NCBI RefSeq assembly: GCF_030144855.1
Contig: NW_026781544.1
Span: 62,001 to 126,000, forward strand
Reading direction: 5' to 3'
DNA length: 64,000 nt
From: Hypanus sabinus
Lineage: Eukaryota
Part shown: positions 34,501 through 48,859 of the stretch, piece after piece
Layout of the letters: each line of letters opens with the position of its first letter
Numbering within the stretch: position 1 is the stretch's first letter
Translations under genes and position numbers: made by a program
Notes under the pieces: generated by a model
Told to the model about the DNA's origin: nothing
Databases searched by the model: none
The model's input: the letters and a program-made list of their open reading frames with translations, nothing else

Positions 34501-37500
34501 ATTGAGGTCATTTAAACTTGACATTTTGAGAGTACAGAACCTTATTGTTCCTGTTAAATTGAAAGAAAGGGTTAAACGTTTCAGAGACCCATTGTTTTCA
34601 AGGGAAATTGGAAGATTGATTCGGAAAAAGAGGAAGATCTACAGTAAGTATCGGCAGCATGGAGTAAATGAGGTGCTGTAGGAATACAAAGAACGTAAGA
34701 AGAATCTTAAGAAAGAAATTAGAAAAGCTAAAAGAAGATATAAGGTTGCTTTGGCAGGTAAGGTGAAATTAAATCCAAAGGGTTTCTACAGTTATATTAG
34801 AGCAAAAGGATAGTGAGGGATAAAATTGGTCCCTTAGAGAATCCGAGTGGACAGCTATGTGTGGAGCCAAAAGAAACCGGGGCAGACTTTGAACAGATTC
34901 TTTTCATCGGTATTCACTAAGGACATGGATATTGTATTGTGTAACATAACGGAAACAGGAAGGGTAGTTCTGGCAACTATGATGATTAAACGAGAGGAAG
35001 TACCAGAGTTTCGAAAGGATGTAAAAGTGGATAAGTCTCCGGATCCTGACAGGTCATTCCCTAGGACCCTGAGAGAAGTTAGTGTAGAAATAGCAATAGC
35101 TCTGACAGAAATATTTCAAATGTCATTAGAAACGAGGCTGGTGCCAGAGGATTGGCGCATTGCTTATGTGGTTCCATTGTTCACAAAAGGGTTCTAAGAG
35201 TAAACCTAGCAATTATCGGCCTGTAGGTTTGACGTCAGTAGAGACGGTATGTCTCATTATCTTGATAGACAGGGTCTGATTAGGAGCAGGTGACTAGTGG
35301 TGTGCTCAGGGATCTGTACATTGGATCATCGGGATCCAATATTGTTTGTCATATACATTATTGATCTGTGTGATGGGGTGATAAACTGGATTAGCAAGTA
35401 TGCAGATGATGCTAAGATAGGTGGCGTTGTGGATCATGAATTAGGTTTCCAAAGCTTGCAGAGAGATTTAGGCTAGTTAGAAGAGTGGACATGAACATGG
35501 CAGATGGAGTTTAATGCTGGTAAGTCTGAGGTGCTACGTTTTGTTAGGAATAATCAAAATATGACATATATGGTCAATGTTAGGGCATCGATGAATGCAG
35601 TAGAGCAGAGTGATCTTCGAATAATGGTGCATAGTTCCCTGAATGTGGATTCTCAGGTGTGTAGGATGATGAATAATGCTTTTGGTATGTTGGCCTTTAT
35701 CAATCAGAGCATTGAGTGTAGGCGTTGGGATGTTATGTTAGAATTCTACAAGGCATTGGTGAGGCCGAATTTGGGGTATTGTGTACAGTTCTGGTCACCG
35801 AACTATAGGAAAGATGTCATTAAATTAGATGGAGTACAGAGGAGATTTACTAGAATGTTACATGGGTTTTAGCATCTACCTTATAGAGATTGTTTGAACA
35901 AGTTAGTTATTTATTCTTTAGAGCAGAGAAGGCTGAGGGGAATTTGATAGAGGTATTTAAATTTATGAAGGCAATGGACAGAGATGACGTAGATAGGCTT
36001 TTTACATTGAGATTAGGGGAGATTCAAACAAGAGGACAAAAGTTTGAATCTGAGTTGAGAGTTAAGGGAAAAAGATTAGGGGTAACACAAGGGGGAGTTC
36101 TTTACTCAGAGAGAGGTAGCTGTGTGGAACGAGCTTCCAGTAGAAGTGTTAGAGGCAGGTTCAGCTTTGTCATTTAATGTAAAATTGGATAGGTATATGG
36201 TCAGGAAAGGAATGGAGGGTTATGGGCTGAGTGCGCGTCGGTGGGACAAGGTGAGAGATGTGAAATCAGCCGGTGAACCATCTACAAAGCCAGTTTATCA
36301 TTACTGAAGTTCGGAAACCAGAAATGCACGGTACTGCTGACGCATCCACACCAGTACCTTGTGCAGATGCAGCAGAACATCCCTGCTCGAACATTCATTC
36401 CCTCTGGCTACAAAGGCGAACATCAGATTTGCTGCACCTGCAAACCAAACTTTTTGTGTTTGCAGCAAAGTCCCTCCGCACAGCAGCATCCTGTAATTGT
36501 TTATCACTTGTTCTTCCACTTGTCCTTCCCAAGTGGATGACCTCGTAATTTCCAACTTTTTACTGCATCCACCAGACGCTAGTGCATTCGCGTATCCTAT
36601 TTATATTCCTCTGCAGGCTCTCGGTTTCCTCGGCAGCCTTTGTGCGGCAATAGATCATGACAGTGATGATGCAAACGTGACCTCATTCTCCATAACAGAT
36701 GAGGCCATGTATTTATTTATTTATTCAATTCAGCGATGCGGCCCCTTCCACCAAACTTCCACAAAGTCGATTAATCCTGCCTTGACCCAACTGGACTCAT
36801 CTCTATGGGGCCGTAAAGATCAGAAGTCCTGGTCACCTCAGTAGGGGAGGGACGTGTAAGCTTAACAGGAAGCGCAGAAGGAATTCAGCAGAGATCTGAC
36901 TGGATTGGACAGTATTCCCTATGATCAGAGTTAGTGTGCGCTCAGACTTGCTTCTCTTGGAGTGAATGTGTATGAAAGGTCAGTTGGTGGAAGTGTTTGA
37001 GAGGAGAAGATGCAGAGATAACGTTTGCCTGACCGAAAATTAACCGGGATCCCGACAGCCCGAGCGCTGCGGAGATGCTGCCTGGCCTGCTGTGTTCCAC
37101 CAGCATTTTGTGTGTGTTGTTGTTTGAATTTCCAGCATCTGCAGATTTCCTCGTATTTACCCATACATCTCCATTATTCTAAGTTCCATGTAACTCATGT
37201 TTCTCATGTTTGAGTACTGTTGTGGGGGGACAGCCTTCCTGGTGGAAGTGACAGTGGCCGGGTCTCCGGCACAGAGGACGGCCATTTTGCTCAGAAGGGT
37301 ATGGATAGAAGAAAGAGGACCATAGTAATAGGGGACTCGATAGTCAGGGGATCAGACAGGCGGTTCTGTGGAGGTGATCGTGAGTCCCGGATGGTAATTT
37401 GACTCCCTGGTGCCAGGGTTCGGGACGTTTCTGATCGCGTCCAAGTTATCCTGAAGTGGGAGGGTGAGGAGCCAGAGGTCGTGGTACATGTAGGTACCAA

Positions 37501-40500
37501 TGACGTAGGTAAGAAAGGGGAAGAGGTCCTGAAACAAGAGTATAGGGAGTTAGGAAGGCAGTTAAGAAGAAGGACCGCAAAGGTAGTAATCTCGGGATTA
37601 CTGCCTGTGCCACGCGACAGTGAGAGTAGGAATGAAATTAGGTGGAGAATGGATGCGTGGTTGTGGGATTGGAGCAGGGGGCAGGGATTCAAGTTTCTGG
37701 ATCATTGGGACCTCTTCTGGGGCAGGTGTGACCTGTTCAAGAAGGACGGGTTACACATGAATCCTGGGGGGACCAATATCCTAGCGGGGAGGTTTGCTAG
37801 GGCTACAGGGCAGACTTTAAACTAGTAAGATGGGGGTGGGGGCGGGAATCAATTTGAGGAAACCATAGGAGAGGAGGTTAGTTCACCAATAGAGCAAGTA
37901 AATAGACAGTGTGTGAGGGAGGAAAGGCAGGTGATGGAGAAGGGATGCGCTCAGCCCGAAGATGTGGAGGAGAAGAATGAAAAGGATAATAAATTTGAAT
38001 GCACTCTTAGGGATGAAAAGAGAGGAGGAGGTGGAGAGTATGTTAAATGTATCTATTTTAATGCTCGCATAGTAAGAAAGGTGGATGAGCTTACAGCGTG
38101 GATTGATACCAGGAATTATGATATTGTAGCTATTAGTGAAACATGGTTGCATGAAGGGAGTGATTGGCAACTAAATATTACTGGATTTAGTTGCTTCAGG
38201 TGCGATAGAGTAGGAGGGGCCCGAGGAGGAGGTGTTGTATTGCTTGTCCCAGAAAACCTTATGGCGTTGCTTTGGAAGGATAGATTAGAGAGGTCCTCTA
38301 GGGAGGCTATTTGGGTGGAATTGAGGAATGGGAAGGGGGTAGCAACACTGATAGGAGTGTAATATAGGCCACCTAGGGGGGAGCGTGAGTTGGAAGAGCA
38401 AATGTGTTAGGAGACAGCAAGGTGGTGATTGTGGGAGATTTTACTTTTCCACACGTAGACTGGGAAGCTCATTCTGTAAAAGGGCTGGATGGCTAGTGTT
38501 TGTGAAATGTGTGGATAGTTTTTTTGCAACAATACATAGACGTACCGACTGGAGATGGGGCAGTGTTGGATCTCCTGTTAGGTCATGCGATAGGTCAGCT
38601 GAAAGATGTATGTGTTGGGGAGCACTTCGGGTCCAGTGATCACAATAGCATTAGCTTCAATATAATAATGGAGAAGGACAGGACAGGACCTAGAGCTGAG
38701 ACTTTTGATTGGAGAAAGGCTAACTTTGAAGAGATGCGAAGGGATTTAGAGACAATGTATTGGGTCAAGTTGTTTTTTAGGAAGGATGTAATGGAGAAAT
38801 GGGGGTCATTTAAGGGTGAAATTATGAGGGTACAGAATCTTTATGTTCCTGTTAGGTTGAAAGGAAAGGTTAAAGGTTTGAAAGCACCATGGCTTTCAAA
38901 GGATATTAGAAATTTGGTTCGGAAAAAGAGGGATGTATACAGTAGATATAGGCAGCATGGAGTAAATGAATTGCTGGAGGAATATAAAGAATGTAAAATG
39001 AATCTTAAGAAAGAGATTAGAAAAGCTGAAAGAAGATTGGAGGTTGGTTTGGCAAATAAGGTGAAATAAATCCGAAAGGATTATACAGTTATATGAAAAG
39101 CAAGATGATAGTGAGGGATAAAATTGGCCCTTAGAGAATCAGAGTGGTCAGCTATGTGTGGAGCCGAGGGAGATAGGAGAGATTCTGAACGATTTCTCCT
39201 TTTCGGTATTCACTAAGGAGAAGGATATTGAATTGTGTAAGGTGTGGGAAACAAATAGGAAAGTTATGGAACCTATGACAATTAAAGAGGTGGAAGTACT
39301 GGCGCTTTGAAGAAATTTAAACGTGGATAAATCTCCGGGTCCTGACAGGATATTCCCCAGGACCTTGAGGGAAGTTTGTGTAGAAACAGCAGGAGCTCTG
39401 ACGGAGATCTTTAAGATGTCATTAGAAACGGGGATTGTGCCGGAGGATTGGCGTATTGCTCATGTGGTTCCATTGTTTAAAAAGTGTTCTAGAACTAAGC
39501 CTAGCAATTATAGACCTGTCACTTTGACATCAGTGGTGGGTAAATTAATGGAAAGTATTCGTAGAGATAGTATTAACAATTATCTGGAGAGACAGGATCT
39601 GATTGGGAGTAGCCAGCATTGATTTGTGCGTGGAAGGTCATGTTTGACAAACATTATTGAATTTTTTGAAGAAGTTACGAGGGTTGTTGACGAGGGTAAG
39701 GCAGTGGATGTAGTCTATATGGACTTCAGCAAAGCCTTTGACAAAGCTCCACATGGAAGGTTACTTAAGAAGGTTTAGTCATTAGGTATTAATGCTGGTG
39801 TAATAAAATGGATTCAACATTGGCTAGATGGGAGATGCCAGAGAGTAGTGGTGGATAATTGTTTATCGGGATGGAGGCCGGTTAATAGCGGGGTGCCTCA
39901 GGGATCTGTTTTGGCCTAATGCTGTTTGTAATATACATAAATGATCTGGATGATGGGGTGGTAAATTGGATTAGTAAGTATGCCGATGATACTAAGATAG
40001 GAGGTGTTGTGGATAATTAGGTGGGTTTTCAAAGCTTGCAGGGAGATTTATGCCGGTTAGAGGAATGGGCTGAACGTCGGCAGATGGAGTTTAATGCAAA
40101 GAAGTGTGAGGTTCTACATTTTGGCAGGAATAATCCAAATAGAAAATACAGGGTAAATGGTATGGCATTGAGGAATGCAGAGGCAACAGAGAGATCTAGC
40201 AATAACAGTGCATAGTTCCCTGAAGGTGGAGTCTCATGTAGATAGGGTGGTGAAGAAGGCTTTTGGAACGCTGGGCTTTATAAAGCAAAGCATTGAGTAC
40301 AGAAGTTGGAATGTAATGTTACAACTGTACAAGGCATTGGTAAGGCCAAATTTAGAATATTGTGTGCAGTTCTGGTCACCGAATTATAGGAAAGATATCA
40401 ATAAATTAGAGAGAGTGCAGAGACGATTTAATAGGATGTTACCTTGGTATCAGCACTTAAGTTACAGAGAAAGGTTGAACAAGTTAGGTCTCTATTCATT

Positions 40501-41883
40501 GGAGCGTGGAAGGTTGAGGGGGGATTTGATCGAGGTATTTAAAATTTTGAGAGGGATAGATAGAGTTGACGTGAATAGGCTGTTTCCATTGAGAGCAGTG
40601 GAGATTCAAACGAGAGGACATGATTTGAGAGTTAGGGGGCAGAAGTTTAAGGGAAACACGAGGGTGTATTTCTTTACTCAGAGAGTGATAGCTGTGTGGA
40701 ATGAGCTTCCTGTAGAAGCAGTAGAGGCCAGTTCAGTTGTGTCATTTAAGGTAAAATTGGATAGTTATATGGACTTGAAAGGAGTGGAGGGTTATGGGCT
40801 GAGTGCAGGTAGGTCGGACGAGGTGAGATTAAGAGTTCGGCACGGAGTAGGAGGGCCGAGATGGCCTGTTTCCTTGCTGTGATTGTTATATGTTTATATA
40901 TTTATCCAGGAGACTCTTAAAAGACCCTATCGGATCAACCTCCACAACCGTCGCCAGCATCCCATTTAAAGCTCTCAAAACTCTCTGCGTAAAAACGTGC
41001 TTCTGACATCTGTTCTAGACGACTCCAAGCACCTTAAAACTGTGCCCTCTCGTGCAAGCCATTTCCGCTCTGGGATAATAGCCTCTGACTATCCACAAGA
41101 TGAATGCCTGTCATCATCTTGCACACCCCTATCATGTCGTATATTACACCCCGTCGCTCTAATGTGTATAGACTCTGTTCACTCAAACTATTTTCATAAG
41201 GCATGTTCCCCAGTCCAGGCTATATCATTTGCACCCTTTCTATGGTCTCCACCTGCTTCCTGTTGTGAGGCCACAGTACTCCGAGTGCTGTCTGACGAGG
41301 GTCTTATATAGCTGCAAAATTACATCTCGGCTCTGAAATTCAATCACTCCATTGATGAAGGCCAATTCACCGTCTGCCTTCCTAACTGTAGGGTCAACCT
41401 CCGTAGCAGCTTCGAGAGTCCTATGCATTAGAACAGCAACGTCCCAAGATCACAGAACTTCATGCAGAACATGACGCGTCTGCAACCACACTTTAACTTC
41501 TGTGGGCAAGCCAGTTGTAGTCAACAAAGCAGTGAACTCTTTCATCCCATGTCTCTTTACTTTCTCAATAAGCCTTGCATGGAGCACCTTAACAAATGCA
41601 TTCAACCGATATTTGCTGAAGCGATACCCATTTGAGAGACCTGCCTGGCGATTAGCGTGTCGTTTGAGGACAAATATGAAACAAAAGTTGGCTTAAAATT
41701 TTTCAACGTTAATCAAGAGAAAGAGACTATACACTTACCAGGAACAGCTACAATGGCGAGTACAGGGTAGTAAACCAGTTGTAAATTCTTTAGCACTCGC
41801 TCGATTCGAAGATCCAAATCCCAGGAATAGTACTTCGCTATTCCCGCGGTATTCAGGGCTTGATTTCGCAGTTTATGATCCAT
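31575..41883 (-). CDS. GPR139/GPR142-like class A GPCR, intact, 355 aa (exon 1 41883-41739, exon 2 32497-31575)
   Basis: Exon 1 MDHKLRNQ..YYPVLAIVAVP + phase-1 donor GTAAGT. Exon 2 after cacAG reads VNMVTIIILSRGKCGLSKGVTRYLVAMVAADQLV..CSVWFTVAFTFDRFVAI..CCTNSALY. Seven hydrophobic segments, DRF motif; the exons splice in frame. Confidence 0.88.
32920..36260 (+). mobile_element. CR1 LINE, near full length, degenerate (ORF1 SGNH esterase + ORF2 APE/RT)
   Basis: GDSIVRG..CLHGARVRDV..IGAND (ORF1); DKSPDPD..WRIAYVVPLF, VRPNLGYCVQFWSPNYRKD (ORF2). Confidence 0.92.
37200..40890 (+). mobile_element. CR1 LINE, near full length, degenerate
   Basis: VHVGTND, YFNAR..VAISETWL, SDHNSISF, DKSPGPDRIFPR, YADDTKIGG, RPNLEYCVQFWSP. 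Confidence 0.93.
40890..41480 (-). mobile_element. CR1 3' fragment
   Basis: LAFINGVIEFQSRDVILQLYKTLVRQHSEYC. Confidence 0.75.
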
Positions 41884-42499
41884 TGCTGGGATACTCCAGG
41901 TACCGGTTCCCGATCCAGCCTCCGTCCTCTCTCTATCCAGATCCCGCTGGTCTCTGATCGAAGAGAGTAGCGGCACTCACTGAAACTGTCGTGGTCGTGG
42001 ATACATATTAATAGAACAGGTAACGAGCAGCCCCAGCTCCGCGGTGACGTCGACAATCCCCACGGACACTCACTTAATTAAGTTCTACCGAGTGACAGGT
42101 GCATTTAACCCTTTATTTGCAGTCCTTCAGCGAAGCAATACATACGCAGACTGGAAGTGTATCCAATATTCCCAGCAAATGGCTGACACCGAAGTCAGCC
42201 GAGTCTGTAAACAGACACAAAATTGAGACTCGCAGCCAGGCGCTGACATACAACAAGTCTGTAAATGAAGGTACACACAGCAAATGAATAAAATCAATAA
42301 AGATAATATAAACAGATAAAATAATTATTGCATATATACTTTCATCAGCAGGAGGATGGAAGGGTCAGCTGCAGAATCCATCGCCTGAATGGACCGTCAA
42401 GCAGGTGATCTCCAGGCTTCTGCTCGCCGAGGCGTCAGCTCAGGGAGGCTTCAGTCAAAGGAGGCAAAATAAAGAAAAAGCACTTGTTTAAGACTTTCT

Positions 42500-42860
42500 T
42501 TTTCCGTCCATTCATCATAACTGATCAGATGGAATGACTGAGATGCCAGGCAGGATAGATGCATGCTCCTCTTGCGGGATCTGGGAAGGCCTGGAGATCT
42601 CCAGTGGCCCTGATGATTACAACTGCGAGAGCTGCCTACATCTGGAATTTCTAACAATCGGCGCTCAGGGTGTGGAGCTGGAACTGGACGAGCTCGGATC
42701 ATTCGGGAGGCAGAAATGAGAGACAAGTCATAGCGGAAAATTTTACACCGAGGGCACAGCGGACAGGAGACTGTGTGACAGTCAGGAAAGCGAAACGTCT
42801 GAAGGGGCCAGGGCACAACTCCCATGTGGCAAATTCCTGCACATTTCGGACACCATTGCA
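42500..42860 (+). mobile_element. CR1 ORF1 N-terminal zinc-finger fragment
   Basis: CSSCGIWE..DDYNCESCLHLEFL..ELDEL. Confidence 0.65.
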
Positions 42861-42899
42861 GAGTTTGGGGGGGGGGGGGGGTGGGAGAATCACCGAAAT

Positions 42900-44990
42900 G
42901 TGTTCAGTCACAGTGTTCGGGTCTCATGAATTCAGTTTGACTCTGTGAGTCAGTGGTGAAGTGTGTGTTGGGCGTTGTCTGTGTGTGTGTGGCTTGGCGG
43001 GGGGATGGCGGCCAGGGCACAGCTCCCATGTGGCAATCTGAACTAGGTGTGTGAACAGCTCGAAATCGTGGCCCATTGTGTTACCAGTGACAGAGGTACG
43101 ATAAGTGACGAAGTACAGCATTGCCATTTCCGGGAGTTAAAAGCAAAGTTAAAGGGCAGGACCTTCCTGGATTTGTTGTCCATGCTACGTGCTTGTGAGG
43201 CCGGAAGCAGGAAGAGTATGCGGATTAATAGGTTGCTAAAGAGGTCTATTATATCTCTGACGCCCGGAAATGGATTCTGAAGTAGGGTGTTCAGTAATAT
43301 TAAGCGCAATGTTAACTGCTAAAGCTAATAAAACGGCTTTTTGCTAGTGTTATAATGAAATGGCTACTCTGTAATATCTGACGCGGTCTGTGATTCTCAG
43401 CAGCTGCGATGATTTGGTTATAACAACAGGTAACGGGGAACTAACCAATCGGAGACCTGTTATGGTTTTTTGCATGGTGGGAACCGAGAGAGTGCTTGCG
43501 GGCTTTTCGACGAGGCGAGTGAAAAGGAAGGGCGAGTCCTGGACAGTTCGGCGATCCCAGGACGGGGGATACCGGAATTCGACGGTTCGCAGTGTTGTCG
43601 GAGGTCGTTTATGGACGAATGAGGAAGGCGTAAGATCCGACAAATGATTTTCTGCACGAAACTGATAAATTTATTGAGCGGCGCCTTTGTTTTATTTGCT
43701 TCACCAAACCAAACCACCAAATAAGATTTAGAGTTCCTGTCAGGAGGAAAGGGTCGTCCCCCAGCGAAAGGTGAGAGTTTCGACTTGGCATCTGCCATTA
43801 CCTCTCTGGCGAGAAAGTCAAGGGGCTCCGCCAGAAGATAAGCATTTTATCTGGGATAACACCCAGCCCCGAAGGTGAAGCGGATTATGAGACATGGGTA
43901 GAACAAACTTCGCAGTTGTTAAGTGAAGGAAGTGCCCGGACGATGAAAAGCGACAGAGATTGGCTGGACGTTTGCCGGGAGTGGCGGCGGTAGTTCGAGG
44001 CGTGAAGGATAGCCACACCTCGGTCTCTAACGCTGAGTATTTGGAAGCATTGGGGAGTGCTTTTGGGTTGACAGGGAGCTCCTAGGGGAGTTTCAACACA
44101 TGCGTCAGGAGAAGGGTGAGAGGCTCTTCGCGTAGCTTTGTCGGCAAGAGAGGTGACTTAATGGCTGCGGCGCCGTAGGGTTATTCGGGCCTCTGAGGTG
44201 GATCAGTTAAGGATGGACAGGGAACTAGAGGTTCCCAGGCTGAGGACAGGATTGCTTGGAGTCTCCTGCTTTCCTATAAAACGCCCTACACCATTTTTTG
44301 TTCAGCTGATCGGAGAGGTGAGGGGGTTAAGAACGCGTTGAGGCTGCGGGATGACTCTCTCAACCATGCAGTAAAGTCATCAGACCCAGCTCCACCCGGG
44401 AATTGATACAGGGGGTATTGGCAGAGATGAGAACTGAGACGTTGCTGGGGTTCAGCGTAAGTGTGGACCCTCAGATTGACAGGATTGATAGGGAGAGACA
44501 ACCCTCCAACTCAGTTGACAGACAAAGCAGAGGGCTGCGGGTTGCGGGGGGTCCGCGAAAGGAGGGGCGGCCGGAAGTGTGTGCGATAACTGTGGGGAAT
44601 AGGATCACTTCCGGCTTGAATGTGAGAGCAGAAAGCCCCTCGGAGGGCGCGTCCCTGGGTATCCAAGCAGGGAAACGTAGAGGAGACCCAATGAGGGAAC
44701 GGCCTGGGGTCTCTGTGGGAGCACATTCCCAGCAATTTATCAAAGAAACCACGAAAGCAAAAGAGCCGATTCGGGAGGGATCAATGGGACCCGCTCAGCG
44801 TATCGCTACCGAATCTATGCTGAAGCCATACACGACACTGGTTCGTAGGTCACGTTACTAGACCGTTCGTTATACAGTCAGTATCTTAATCTTTTGCGCT
44901 TGACCCCATTCAGTGCGGTGAGATTTGGGGCATCATTGCTGGTCATTATCCGTATGATCTGTACTTGTCAGTGAGACTGGAGTTTTCAGA
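42900..44990 (+). mobile_element. Ty3/gypsy LTR element relic with PNMA-like gag
   Basis: At about 43870-43980 the sequence decodes (with frameshift) to EGEADYETWVEQTSQLL..C.DDEKRQRL, typical of gypsy gag/PNMA capsid; many stops. Confidence 0.6.
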
Positions 44991-45019
44991 AGCTAATGTG
45001 GGAGTCTCTGAAGTCCTGG

Positions 45020-48000
45020 AGACGTTACTGCCGGTTTAGAACCATAGAACATTACAGCACAGAAACAGACATTCTGGCCCGTCTTGGCTTTGCCGAAACA
45101 TTTTTCTGCATAGTTCCAGTGACCTACACCTGGCCCATATATCTTCAAACCCCTCTCATTCATATATCTGTCCAAGTACATCTTCACTGTCAAAAGTCAG
45201 CCCGTATTCACCACTTCATCTGGCAGCTCATTCCACACTCCTAGCGCTCTCTGCGTGAAAAGCAACCCCCCCCCCCCCCCAATATTCCTTTTAAACTATT
45301 CTCATTTCACCCTTAACGCATAACCTATTTTTTGTTTTATCCCCTGGCCTCAGTAGAAAAAATCCTGCTTGCATTTACTCTATCAATACCCATCATAATT
45401 TTATACACCTCTATCAAAACTCCCCTCATTCGTCTATGTTCCAGGGAATAAAGTCCTAACCTATTCCCCTTTTTTTTTCTGTAACTCAGATTCTCACGTC
45501 CGGGAAACATCCTTGTAAACCTTCTCTCCACTCGTTCAACCTTATTAATATCCGTCCTGTAATTAGGTGACCAGAACTGCACACAATACTCTAAATTCGG
45601 TCTCACTATTGTCTTATACATCCTCACCATTAATTCCATCCCTTATACTCAATACTTTGATTTGTAAAGACGAGTACCAAAAACTCTCTTTGCAACCCTA
45701 TTGACCTGAGATGCCACTTTTAGGGAATGATGTATCTGTACCCCCATATCACTCTGATCTACTGCACTCTTCAGTGTCCTACCATTTACTTTGTCTGATC
45801 TAATTAGGTTTGTCCTTTCGAAGTGCAATATCTCACACGTCCGTGTTAAACTCCATATGCCATTTTTCTGCCCATTCCACCAACTGGTCCAATTCCCTTT
45901 GTAATATTTAAAAAAATTCCTCTCTATTCAGTACCCCTCCAATCTTTGTATCATCAGCAAATTTACTGATCCAATTTACCACTAACACGCATGCGGAACC
46001 TTGTCAAAGGTCTTACTGAAATCCATGTATACAACATCCACTGCCTTCCCTTCATCCACTTTCCTGGTAACTTCCTCGAAAAACTCTAATAGATTGGTTG
46101 AACTTGACCTACCACGCACGAAGCCGTGCAGTTTTTTTTTTCCCAATAAGTCCCTGTCTATCCAAATACATGTGGATCCTATCTCTCAGTGTTCCTTCCA
46201 ATAATTCACCTACTACCGATGTCAAACTTAGCGGCCTATAATTCTCCAGCCCACTTTATGAGCCTTTTTTAAACAACGGAAATACATGATCTATCCTCCA
46301 CTCCTCCAGCACCTGACTCGTGGATATCGACGTAAAAAATTTCTGCAAGGGCCACGGCAAGTTCAGCACGAGTCTTCTTAAGGTCCGAGTGATTACCGTG
46401 TCAGCTCCTGGGGATTTATCTACCCTGATTTCCTCAAGACAGCAAGCAGCTCCTACTCTTTAATCTCTATAAGTTCTATGAACTCCCTACTTGTTTGCCT
46501 TGTTTCCATAAACGACATTTCAGTTTCCTGAGGAAATACAGATGCAAAAAAAGGAACATTTAATATCCCTCCCATTTCTTTTAGTTCCATGCAGAGCAGA
46601 ACACTCTGATTTTCAAGAGGACTAACTTTAACCCTTACTATCCTTTTGTTCTTAACATACCTGTAGAAGTTCTTAGGATTAGCCTGCACCCTGACTGCCA
46701 AAGCAATATCATGTCTTCTTTTCGCCCTCCTGATTTATTTTTTTTTTTATATTGGATGGTCTATAATACAACCCTATTAATGTGTTCATACCTTTCCTGT
46801 TTCTCAGCTCCACCCACATGGCCTCAGTAGACATGCCCTCTAATCTGTCTTGTCGAAGCACTGATGTAATAATTTCCCTGAATAGCAAAGCCACCACCCC
46901 AACCTTCATCCCTCTGCCTCTATTGAGCTGCCAGTCCCGCCCATCCTGTAGCAAAGTTTCAGTAATAGCTATGATGTCATAACTTCACGTGTCAATCCAG
47001 GACCTCAGCTCTTTTGTCTTTTCCACAATATTCCTTGCTTTGAAATATACACACCTCAGAAGATTGCTAGCACGACACACAACCTTACTATTTATGACTT
47101 TGCATGAACTACGAACATAATTTATTTTTAACCCGGTTCCACTATCGACTCTGGCAGTCTGGCTCCCATCCCTCTGCAAATCTCCCTCCACAATAACACT
47201 AGCAAAACTCCCTGCAAGTATATTGCTCCCCTTGTAGTTCAGGTGTAACCCGTCTCTCTTGTGCAAGCACTACCTGCCCCAAAACAGGTCCCAATGATCT
47301 AGAAATCTGAAACCCTGCCCCCTACACCAGTTTCTCACATGTTCGGCCAGAGCATCCTGCTCTTACCCTCACTGGCACGTGGCACAGGCAGCAATCGGGG
47401 GATTACTGCCCTCGAAGTCCTGCTTTTCGACTTCCTACCGAACACTCTAGACCTACTCTTCAGGACCTCCTGACCCTTTCTACCTATGTCATTGGTACCG
47501 ATGTGTATCACAACATCTGGCTGATCACCCTCCTACTTCAGAATGCTGTGTACGCGATCAGAGACATCCCTGAGACTGACAACCGGGAGGCAACAAATCA
47601 TCCGGGAGTCTCTGTCATGACCTCTGTATCCCCTGTCTATGGACCCCTGACTATGGAGTCCCCTATCACTACCGCTGTCCTCTTCTACCTCCCTCCCTTC
47701 TGCACTGCAGCCCCAGACTCAGTGCCAGAGATCCAGCTGCCGGAGCTTGTCCCAGGTAAGCAATCCCCCCAACAGTATCCAAAACAGTACCCCTGCTTTG
47801 AAGGGGAATGGCCACAGGTGAACCCTGCTCTGCCTGACCTTTACTCTTCCCTCGCCTGACGGTAACCCGATTACCTGTGCCCCGTTCCTCAGGTGTAACT
47901 ACCTCCCGGAAACTACTGTCTATAAACTGCTCAGTCTCCTGAATGATCCGGAGGTCGTCCAGCTCCTGCTCCAGTTCCCGAACGCGCTCTGTTAGGAGCT

Positions 48001-48330
48001 GAAGCAGGATGCACTTCTTGCAGGTATCGTTGTCAGGCACATAATGGTGGCTTTCTTTTAAACCCGACAGCGCTGCGTCACGCGCCTGCGCGGTACAGCC
48101 TCTTTTCCCCTATCAGTTAAAGAAAAATTACCTTCCCTGCGCGATGCTTCAGTCTTCCACTCTCAGCATCTTCTTCGATTCAAAAGGCCGTTGAAAGTTT
48201 ATCTCCTCCTTTTAAAACTCGGCGCGCTACGTCACGCGCCTGCGCAGTCTATCCTCTTTTCCCCGATCAGTTGAAGAAAAATGACCTTCCCTCCGCGATG
48301 CTTCAGTCTTCCACTCTCAGACTCTTGACT
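45020..48330 (-). mobile_element. CR1 LINE with 5' UTR, degenerate
   Basis: ORF1 CKKC..VRELEQELDDL..GDSIV; ORF2 NPKNFYRYVKNKR, RPNLEYCVQFWSPNYR. Confidence 0.9.
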
Positions 48331-48859
48331 CGATTCACCTTCGTTATGACGCGTTAGCCTTCATGGAGGAGAGTTGACGGAGCTACTCTATTTTCCACAG
48401 TGCGGCGTACAATAGTTTTCCGGTGGTTTTTGAACTCAACTATATTGCGATGACTGCTTCCTAAAGTTTCCGTTATCCTATGATCCCTAATCATTTCATA
48501 ACATAACACCCAATCTAGTATAGCAGATCCACAAGTCGGCGCAAGGACAGACTGTAAAAACAAACCAACCCAATCGAGCTGCATTTAGAACAATCCACTC
48601 GCAATCATAACATCGACCTTTACTCACACATTTTTTCCCTTTGAAATCTGTTGTCTGTATTCCAGCTACTGTCGGGAGGGCTGCATATTCCTCCTTTTAC
48701 CCTGCCAGTCTCTTAACACAACCCACAGCTGATGAACATACGTCACACCTTTTTACTGAACCGATGCCATTCTTTACATGCAGAGCCACGCCATCCAATC
48801 AAAAGACCTTCCAATTCCCCCGATACAACGTGTAGCCTTGGACATTCAGATCCGAAATG

